A stretch of DNA of 42,001 bases from NCBI GenBank assembly GCA_002245135.1, contig NGBS01000630.1, positions 1 through 42,001 on the forward strand, written 5' to 3'. The notes beneath the pieces were generated by a model, which saw only the letters and a list, made by a program, of their open reading frames with translations, was not told the origin of the DNA and made no database searches. The DNA comes from Proteromonas lacertae (taxonomy: Eukaryota). Both the position numbers and the translations under genes were made by a program. Positions 1-9,983 of the stretch are shown in pieces; within the stretch, counting starts at the first letter, position 1, and every line of letters starts with the position of its first letter.

Positions 1-112
1 TTTCTATTTTTTACCTTTTAATAAAATATTGAAATTCTTATTCTTCAGTCCTAAATGTATATATTTATAAATACAAGAGGGACTAAGTTAATTATCATAT
101 TCTTATTTATAG

Positions 113-1396
113 GGGTGTTAGGTGGAGCAACAGCAGCTGCAATTGCAGCAGGTATTTTTATTATTTCATCTTTTATTATTTAATATGAATAGTTCTTTCT
201 GGATTTCTTTCAACTACTGCAGGAATTGCTGTTGTTACTACTTTATTTGGAGTTGGAGCAGCTGGATTATCAGGGTAAGAATCATTATTTTATTCTCATC
301 TTTTTTTATTAGTTTTGTTTATAAATCTTATAAGAAAGTTAGTTCTGTTGTGTATTTAATATATTTCATGACTTTTTATACTGACTATATATATATATAT
401 TATTCATCATCTTATATTTAATATTTATAAATATATATAGTCAACATATGAATCATCGATTTGATGATGTAAAAGAATTTGAAATAAAAAATATAGGAAA
501 TGAAGAAGGTCATTTATGTATTAATTTATGTATAAGTGGATGGATTAGTAAAGAGAATGAATATATGTATAATTGGGGATATAAAAGGTGGAAAGAATTA
601 TATAATGAAAGTGATCATTACTGTTTAATATGGGAAAGTAAAGAACTAAAATCATTAGGAAATGTGATGGATAATTTGATAGTTTCAACTGCTGGAACGA
701 TTGTAGCAACAGAAGTAATAAAAAAGACAATTTTGAATGGAATTATGTCAGCTATTACTCTGCCTTTAACTTTAATGAATGTTGCTTCGTTGATCGATAA
801 TCCTTGGAGTGTTGCTTTACAGAGAAGTGAAAATAGTGGAAATTTATTAGCTGAATTAATAAAAAGTGATGAATATGGAAAAAGACCAATTAATTTGATT
901 GGTTATTCCTTGGGAAGTCGATTAATCTATAAATGTTTAATGAATCTAATAGAAGATGAAGAATATAAAAACAAGAATCATATAATAGAGAATGTGATTT
1001 TAATGGGAAGTGCAATAACAATAAATAAGAAAGAATGGGAAAATATTCGTGAATTAATTCCTGGTAAAATAATCAATATCTATAGTTCAAATGATTGGAT
1101 TCTTGGTTATTTATATCGAGCTAATGTATATATATTGATATATATAATATTGTAATAATAAATAAATAGAAAGTAGCAATAGAGATAAGTGGATTAAAGC
1201 CAATCGAAGTAGAAGGAATAATCAATATATCTTTTTTTAATATGAATATTATATTCTTTAACTTTTGAAAGTAGATGTGAGTGAAATAATCGAAGGTCAT
1301 ACTGACTATCCTCACAAGATTGAAGAAATAATGAGATATAAAAGAAATATTTTAATTTTTCTTCATGTTTTGTTTTGTTTCTATTTAATAGAATAA
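113..1396 (+). CDS. TMCO4: TMCO4/DUF726 (Mil1-like) alpha/beta-hydrolase-fold membrane protein, copy A; 5' end not resolved
   Basis: Spliced reading gives a Gly/Ala-rich hydrophobic segment (GVLGGATAAAIAAVLSGFLSTTAGIAVVTTLFGVGAAGLSG), LIDNPWSVA, RPINLIGYSLGSR, NVILMGS, NDWILGYLYR and INVDVSEIIEGHTDY. An 8-nt deletion relative to copy B shifts the last codons, so the first genomic stop is TAA 1394-1396. Confidence 0.85.
1227..1270 (+). other. U12-type (minor) spliceosomal intron with AT-AA termini, 44 nt
   Basis: 5' end ATATCTTTT, branch-like TTCTTTAAC ending 8 nt before the 3' end. Removal restores EGIIN|VDVSEIIEGHTDY. Confidence 0.75.
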
Positions 1397-1432
1397 AAAA
1401 AATTTCAATAATGAATGATATAGAATTTTACA

Positions 1433-4400
1433 TCATTTCAACTTGGTTTGACATCCTTCTCCACTAAATCCATCAAAACATTCACAAACACCTGTTGAGT
1501 AATTACAAATACCTCTTCCACTACAATCTCTCTTTCATCATCTTTTCCATTTGCATTTGTTGCTCCTTCTGGATCTACACTTGAAGGACATTCAATTAAA
1601 CTACAATCATATCCACGATGTCTTTTATCACATAAACAACCATATACTTCATCATCATATAATATATTGTTAGTTTCATATCTATTTCCAAATCCTCCAT
1701 ACTCTTTTAATTCAGTATTTGATAATAATTCACTCATTGGAACACATCTACCATTTCCATTACAATTATTTGGACAATCTAATCTTTGACAAGAATCTCC
1801 ACTAAATCCATCAAAACACTCACATAATCCACTTTCTCTATTACATACACCTTGTCCACTACATTCTAATTTCTTATGAATATCATATCCATTATTTACA
1901 TTTGCATTAAGTTGAATAGTAATATCACCAGTAATTGTAAACTTCTTATCAAGTATTACATAATAACCTTTAACATCTCCATCTAATTGTGTCTTAATTG
2001 TCTTCTTGTATCAGTTGGTGCAGGTAGTAAATTATAATCAACACTTATTATTTGAGCATAAGTTCCTCCAATCTTAATCCATCTGCCAGGTTGTAAATAA
2101 TTCTCTATTATTGTTCTATTATCAGTTTCAAGTGGAATAAAGAATCTTCCTGTAGATTCAAATTCTTTATTAATTTTATCAACTAACTTATTTCCAATAA
2201 CAATTTCAGTTTTATCATTATCATTACTACAAACACCACCTTTTTCATCAGTTGGATTACAAGGTGTTTCTGATGGGTTTTCTCCTTCTTTATAATATAA
2301 TGTCCTTTCCATACTGACTATCTTCTAATTCAATTGGACTTCCATCAGGAGATGCTAATAATCGACATTCCATTTCTGTTGGCAACTCATCATTCTTATT
2401 CATTTGGAGATAATATGAATATTGCATCATCACCTCCCATATCTTCAGGAAACTACTAAATATTTTGTCACTTTCTTATCTTCACCTACACAACTTGCTT
2501 CATATACTTTATCTTCTTCTTCTTCTAATAATAATATTCGACTTTCACTTTTACCATAAAAACCATTCAATCTCAACATATTCGCTATTCCACTTATTGT
2601 TATAAAAACAATAATCTTTACTTGAACAATCCATCAGGAGTAATTATTTCACTTTTTATTAATGATAAATCATTTATTACTTCATTTACTTCACATATAA
2701 ATGATTCAACAGCTTTAGGAATATCAAATAAATATTTCATTATATTATAACCATCTTCATCTTTTCCTAATAACATTGCCAATCCTAAGAATTTATTACT
2801 CACTTTATCTCTACATTGTAAATTTGCACCAATTTCACCAACATCTCCTATTATGTCGATTTTATCATCTTCTACTGGTTGAGGTTTTGTATTGATAATT
2901 GGCTTATCATCAGACTTTTGATAATACTGATATGTTACTTTATCAAATCCTAAGAAATTAGTAGATTTTACATCACTTGAATCAATCTTTATTTCTTTTC
3001 CATCTAATGAGTATAATAAGTGACAAACCAAATCATTAGATGTAGTAGCTGAAAATGTTATAGTTACAGGAGTTGGTGAAGATAGAGAAATACCACTAAT
3101 ATCTAATTGATAAGACTGACTTATTTCACCATCTGTACCACATTGGAAATTATAATTTCCATTTGATAAACCAAAATAATATAATGTTGTACCAGTCACA
3201 GTCGTAGTACATGTTGCAGGAGTAGAAGAAACTTTACATATTACATAATTTGATAAATCATTATATTTATTAATTGTCATACATTTCAATAAACTCAAAT
3301 CTATAGAATTATCAAATGATATAACTATTATATTATTCTCATTCTTTAAAACTAATCCATTTGATGCTGTATTAGTGTGATATATTAAACATGATAATTC
3401 ACTACCTACATCATATTTCACATTTGTAACTTCATATATTCCAGTTGCAGCTGGATTTTCTACAGCAGTTGGAATTGTTGGTTTCAATTGCAATGTAAAT
3501 CCATCAGTAGTTGTTGATATATCATACATTTTACCTAAATCACTCTTTTGAATAGCATCAAGAGTAGTAATTGAATTACCAGTAGCATTAGACATTAAGA
3601 AACACTTCTTACCTGCATCTGGTACAGGATTACCATTTGTATCTACTTTAAATTGAATATTACCACTATCATCACCAACAGTTACATCATATAATTTATA
3701 ATTATTATTTTCTACTTCACATAATAGTTGTGGTGAAGAAGGTAATTTTATATTCATATCTGTTAATGATGTAGTCTTAATACCATTCCATGTTATGCCG
3801 TTACTAGAATCATACTTTTGAACACCATAATACAATGTCAAATCATTATAACTCTCTAATACTTTACAATCATAATATTCAAGAGTTGGAGTTCCTGATT
3901 TAACAAAGTAATATTTAATTGCATAAGTTGGTGTTTTTACACCATTTGCTTCTTCTTCAAAATATGAATATATTTTCGCTCAACCTAATGGTTTTTTGTT
4001 TATTTTATTACTACATTCTAATAATCCACCTGCTGAAGAAATACCATCATATTTAACACCAGTAACTTTATAAACACCATCAATCACAGGAGAATCACCA
4101 ATAGCAATAGTAGATGTAGTTGTTTTGGCTGTTAATTTCCACTGTTTAGATGAAACTGTATCTATTTTATATTTATTCTTTAAATCACTATTATTAACTT
4201 CTACTTTCTTTCCATCAAATGAAGATAATAAAAAACAAATAATGTTACTTTCAGTAATAGCTGCAGATGTAGTAAATACAACATTATCACTAGTAGATTG
4301 ATAATATGGAAGTTTTGGTTCAGTTAATGTAAATTCATATTCAGTAAATGATGTATCTTTACCACATAACATTGTATATTTATTTTCTTTATTATATGAT

Positions 4401-6377
4401 TTATAAAATCCTAATTGTTGGAAGTAATAACTCATTTTCTCAAAAGTAACTGTTGTTTTACTAGTTGTATCAAATTTGTTTGGATATAAAGTCATATCTT
4501 TATGAGGATATAAAAACTCACAATCTTTTCCTTTAATATCATTTGCTGAATAAACATAAAAATCATTACCATTCTTATATAATATATTTACATCCTTATC
4601 TTTATCTATTTGAGAAATCTTACCATCTTCATAATTATAACATTTCATTATTCCACCTGTTGATCCTGATATTATATTCAATCCATTAACTTTGTAAATA
4701 CCTTCACTTGCAAAAGAAGGAGTAATAGTTGGTAATGATGAATAATATTTATATTCTTTTGATGAAGTTTTTTCTGTTAAGTGCTTGTTATACAATTCAC
4801 TTTCACTTATATCAATTGGAACAGCTTTATTTGAAGTTGTATCTTTACCTGCAATTATATAACATATTCTATCTTTAGGTAACTTACTGACATCAGCTAC
4901 TTTAGGTTGAAAAACTACATCACCGTCTTTACCACATGAAGATGATGGCGAAGTATATTCATATAATTGTACTTCACTATTATCTCCTTCAGTTCTACAT
5001 GCAAATAGATATTCTGTTGAAGCAGTTAAATAACTAGTAAAGATATTACACATCTTTTCCCATTTGATATTACAATCACTACCAGCAGAAGTACAATCAG
5101 AAGCAGTAGTAGTGAATTTAACAAAGAAATATAATGAGAAATCAGAATATTTATCTAATTCACAATCATACAATACTGGAATTGGAACAACTGCTTTAGC
5201 ACCAGATTCTATTGGAATCTTATTACCATCACCATCAACTAAATCAAAATCATATAAAACATAATAATTTGTAGTTGAATCACTTTCTGTCTTACTACCT
5301 AATAAATATGCAGTTTGAATTGATTTATTTCCTGGTATCCTACAATTCAATAAGCCAAATAAATTAGCATCATATTTATTAACAGTATTAGCAGCAGGAA
5401 TAGTATAAATATTGTTATGTTTAACTCCATACATATTTGATTCAACTGATGTAATTGGAGTAGAAATAGAAGGATAGTATTTGGAATAATCAGATTTATC
5501 AACACTTTGAGTAGCAATATTTCCATTTTCAATTTTAGCTAATAATACACATGTACTATCAGCTGCTGGAGATGCATTTGGATCAAGTGTAAATACAATA
5601 TTACCTTCTGTTATACTTATACTAGCAACAGTAAATACTTTATCAGTTATTGCTTCACCAAGTTTAACTACACAACCCATACTTAATCCAGTATCTGCTT
5701 CTTTACTCTTTATTTCAGGATATATTTCTGACATTTTCAACCAAGTAACAGTTTTTCCATCTACATCAATTGTAGATGTTGGATTGATTAATGATAAATC
5801 ATTGTATTTCATTACCAATAAACATTTCATACCAACATCTATTCCTTTACTTCCTTCTATAACATAATATTCCAATTCACTTTTCACTTTGATTATTTCA
5901 CCTGAAGCAACAAAAGCATCTTTCGAATCATAACAATTTATCTTACCAGCACCACTAGTACCATCATAATACGATATTTTGCTATTTGTTTTAACCAAAT
6001 ATACTTTATCAACACCTTCTACAACAACTTTAGAGGTAATATCGGCTAAATTAACTTCAACTTCACTCATATTTCTACCTTCACTCAATTCACGGCGGTA
6101 GATGAAGTTTCCATCATCGACACTTCGACTAGAGTAAATGGTGTTTGTATTTAAAGCACTAAAACTTTTACCACTTCCACAACCACCTATTTATTTTTAA
6201 TAATTATTTTATACGTTTAGAACAATCGGCACCTATATAGTCATTGTCATAACCATCAGATTTTTTAAAACACTTACAAACACCATTACTTTTGCAAGTT
6301 CCATGTCCACTACAGCTGTTTGGACAAACTGAATATACAGCCACAAAGGATAAAACCAAAACAACAATCAACTTCAT
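1433..6377 (-). CDS. Secreted EGF-domain protein of stramenopile mastigoneme/Sig1-like architecture with ~6 internal Cys-containing repeats; reading frame disrupted (pseudogene or assembly errors)
   Basis: Signal peptide [16 protein letters not shown], then [21 protein letters not shown], 28-nt intron 6187-6214 and long ORFs. C-terminal [65 protein letters not shown] and [27 protein letters not shown]. One in-frame TGA (3980-3982) and ~7 frameshifts between ~1530 and ~2630. Confidence 0.7.
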
Positions 6378-6474
6378 TTTTAAAACGGAAAGATATTATT
6401 TCCAAACCCCAACTTTTCATAAACCAATTTTGAAAAGATTTTTAGTTTTTCTTTATTCTTAACAAATACACTTC

Positions 6475-6482
6475 AACAAACA
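6475..6482 (-). terminator. TGTTTGTT 3'-end/polyadenylation-associated element (similar GT-rich tracts at 1366-1380 +, 8846-8853 +, ~9953-9967 -, 23482-23489 +)
   Basis: Exact TGTTTGTT ~20 nt after the TMCO4 copy B stop. This motif is known from Blastocystis 3' ends. Confidence 0.55.
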
Positions 6483-6501
6483 AATAAACATAAAAACAAA
6501 T

Positions 6502-8347
6502 TTAAAATATTTCTTTTTCTCGAAGATATCTCATTATTTCTTCAATCTTATGAGGATAATCAGTATGACCTTCGATTATTTCACTTACATCTACTTTCAA
6601 AAGTTAAAGATTATAATATTCATATTAAAAAAAGATATATTGATTATTCCTTCTACTTCGATTGGCTTTAATCCACTTATCTCTATTGCTACTTTCTATT
6701 TAGTATTATTACAATATTATATATCAATATATATACATTAGCTCGATATAAATAACCAAGAATCCAATCATTTGAACTATAGATATTGATTATTTTACCA
6801 GGAATTAATTCACGAATATTTTCCCATTCTTTCTTATTTATTGTTATTGCACTTCCCATTAAGATCACATTCTCTATTATATGATTCTTGTTTTTATATT
6901 CTTCATCTTCTATTAGATTCATTAAACATTTATAGATTAATCGACTTCCCAAGGAATAACCAATCAAATTAATTGGTCTTTTTCCATATTCATCACTTTT
7001 TATTAATTCAGCTAATAGATTTCCACTATTTTCACTTCTTTCTAATGCTACACTCCAAGGATTATCAATTAATCGAGCTACATCAACTACTTTCATAGGT
7101 AAAGATATTGCAGATAATAATCCACTAGCTATTGTTCTTTTTAACGTTTCACTGATTATGAAATTCTTTGCTTTAGATATTATCATATTTTCTAAAGCAT
7201 TTCCTAATGATTTTAGTTCTTTACTTTCCCATATTAAACAATAATGATCACTTTCATTGTATAATTCTTTCCACCAACTTTTATATCCCCAATTATACAT
7301 ATATTCATTCTCTTTACTAATCCAACCACTTATACATAAATTAATACAAATATGACCTTCTTCATTTCCTATATTCTTTATTTCAAATTCTTTTACATCA
7401 TCAAATCGATGATTTAAATGTTTTCTATATATATAATATATACATTATTATACCCTGTTAAACTACCAGCTCCTATTCCAAATGCACTACTTAATACACC
7501 ATATCCTATACTGGAACTAAGAAATCCAGATATTACTGATGCTATTCCACTACTTATTCCACCTCCTAATAAACCTAATGATGTTATTAAACCTCCAACT
7601 GCAGGTATTACTAAACCACCTGTTAATATGGCAGCTGTACCACCTATTATTGAACCACCACCAACTAATAACCATTTCTTTAATTTCTATTTAAATTATG
7701 AATAAAATACATTTTAATACTTTCTTTGAAGAAGATTTTGATTTATATTTTAATATCTCTTTATATCCATTATATAGTAATAAACTTGTTCCATCTTCGA
7801 CTTTATAATAATTTTCAATTTTGTTGTATTTTATTGATTTTAATACACGAATATATATTGATCTAATCATTCCATCATATTCATTATTCAATAATAATAA
7901 TATAAACAAATCCAAAAACATTGAATAAAAATCATCAACATCTTTGAATCTATCAACATTGCAATATAAAAATACATTTGTATATACATTTTCAAGTATT
8001 CTGTTGAAGGATTAGAAGGATGAGTTAATAAAGGATATATTAAACTCGATATTTCACCAATTTCATTCAAATACTTCATTGATAGGTGAGTTAACCATTT
8101 CAAACACACTTCCCTAACTACATCACTTTCACACCACATACTGTTCAAACTGATTATACTCACTATATTATTTTAACATTTTATAAAATACACAATGCTC
8201 TTTTTTCTTCAACACTACGATCTTCTAACCAAATACTCTTGTTTTCTTCTTTACTTATTCCTTTTATTGCTAAACATGTCAAATAGCCATTTCAAAACCT
8301 TTTCGAAAATTCTTATACACTTTAGAAGGTATTTCTGATTTATTCAT
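6502..8347 (-). CDS. TMCO4: TMCO4/DUF726 family protein, copy B (full length; one probable homopolymer frameshift near 8283)
   Basis: ATG 8347, YDGMIR, KKWLLVGGGSIIGG..TGGLVIPAV, LIDNPWSVA, GYSLGSR, ending IMRYLREKEIF* (TAA 6502-6504). Short GT-AG introns plus one AT-AA intron. Confidence 0.88.
6595..6638 (-). other. U12-type intron with AT-AA termini, 44 nt (same position as in copy A)
   Basis: ATATCTTTT...ATCTTTAACTTTTGAAA on the minus strand. Removal restores EGIIN|VDVSEIIEGHTDY. Confidence 0.75.
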
Positions 8348-8964
8348 TTTTATCAAGCCTCAAACTTATTTTGTTTTTCGTGTTTATTTTTAAAAAGGAT
8401 TATATCCTGTATCTATATCAAAATAACATAATTGTCTGTTTATATGTGCTAATTAACATTTAAATGATGTTATCAACATTAATTGATGGAGTAAGAAATG
8501 AAAATAGAAATCTACAGCAAGTTAGAAATAGACGGAGTCAAGTCAATTAATAAATTAAAAAAAATTAATTAATCATTAGAGTCTATATCCGTAACATAAT
8601 TAAAAAAATATTTAACTGCTAAGATAGGATTTATTAAAAATTTAAAACAAAAAATAAAACGGATGTATTTTTGGTAATAAAATGAAACGGACAAAAAACA
8701 ATAGGGTATTAAAAAGGATATTAGCATCATTGGATAATAATGATAAAGCAAAGTTATATTGGTATAAAAAGCATAAACCATCATTCTATAGATTCAAATG
8801 CTAACATCGATATTAATTCGTTATAATAATGGTTTATTGTATACTTGTTTGTTTTGTTATTTAACTTTTAAATAACAAATAAAAAAAAGATTATAAATTC
8901 AAATTCATATTTTCCATTAAGCATATAATATGCGTATATGATACACATTTTATAATGCATCTAT

Positions 8965-9569
8965 TGTTGTTCCCCGTATGGCGGAAATCTATATTGCAGA
9001 ATGATTCAATCAAAACTAATATGATATTCATGATGTTCGGAGTTAGCTATTAACAAATATATAGTTAGTTTGTCATATGACCTACATCTGTGATATACTT
9101 ATTTATGAATTTAATTATTCTCAATATTAAACTAATTTTTGTATATTTTCTATTTTAATGTATCAGTGACTACTACAGTCTAAAATACATTATCTGATAT
9201 GAATAGAATTCACTATTTTTAATGTTAAGGCGGTTAAAAAAGAAAAAAGAAAAAATAAGTTCAAGCCTCACTCAAGCCTGCTCTTTAATTTCCTTTTTTA
9301 TTACCTTAACATTAAAAATAATGTATTCTATTCATATCAGATAATGTATTTTAGACTGTAGTAGTCACTGATACATTAAAATAGAAAATATACAAAAATT
9401 AGTTTAATATTGAGAATAATTAAATTCATAAATAAGTATATCACAGATGTAGGTCATATGACAAACTAATTATATATTTGTTAATAGCTAACTCCGAACA
9501 TCATGAATATCATATTAGTTTTGATTGAATCATTCTGCAATATAGATTTCCGCCATACGGGGAACAACA
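8965..9569. mobile_element. Non-autonomous foldback/MITE-like element: 266-bp TIRs, 73-bp spacer, TGTTG...CAACA ends, 5-bp TSD TCTAT
   Basis: 8965-9230 is the reverse complement of 9304-9569 with 3 mismatches seen. TCTAT flanks at 8960-8964 and 9570-9574. No ORF. Confidence 0.85.
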
Positions 9570-9983
9570 TCTATCTATATACTAATATCAAAAATTACTC
9601 AATGTTTATAACATTACCAAAATGATTTACAAAAGAAATAGAAGTTATTGTAAAATTCATATAATGTATTGAAAAATAATTATTGATAAATAGGTTGCAA
9701 TTTATACTTTTTTATTATTTCTGGTTCATTCCATCCAACATACACAACAGAAAATATCAATTCTACAAATCCAAAGATATTTTTTTAATGTTAATTAGCA
9801 AATATAAACAATAAATAAAAAATAAACTAAAAAATAGGTTTGAGGTTTGAATGAAAAAAAGATGAATATAGAGTTTATTATAAGATATATATGCAATATA
9901 AATCATCAGATAAGTTAAAATTATGCAAATCTATTTTTTTCTAACCCAATTTCAAACAACAAAACAAAAAATGAAATATACAT

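Larger units (their letters stand above)
823..7039. repeat. Inverted repeat pair: 823-1339 and 6526-7039 (near-identical 3' halves of the two TMCO4 copies, introns included)
   Basis: Reverse complement of 6526-7039 matches 823-1339 with few differences. A second near-identical block is ~451-663 vs ~7198-7414. Confidence 0.9.

Noticed and set aside
3980..3982. Genome-wide UGA reassignment or selenocysteine
   Set aside because: Trp is TGG throughout, TGA ends ATM normally, and the aligned repeat position is Leu rather than Cys.
8762..8845. Imperfect hairpin (ATAAACCAT...ATGGTTTAT)
   Set aside because: Short and AT-rich; expected by chance.
9304..9569. Arms as U1, U2, U12, SRP or RNase MRP RNA genes
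   Set aside because: Only 6-7 nt resemblances (TTACCT, TGTAGTA, CCTTAA) without the adjoining conserved sequence; TSD and TG..CA ends favour a mobile element.
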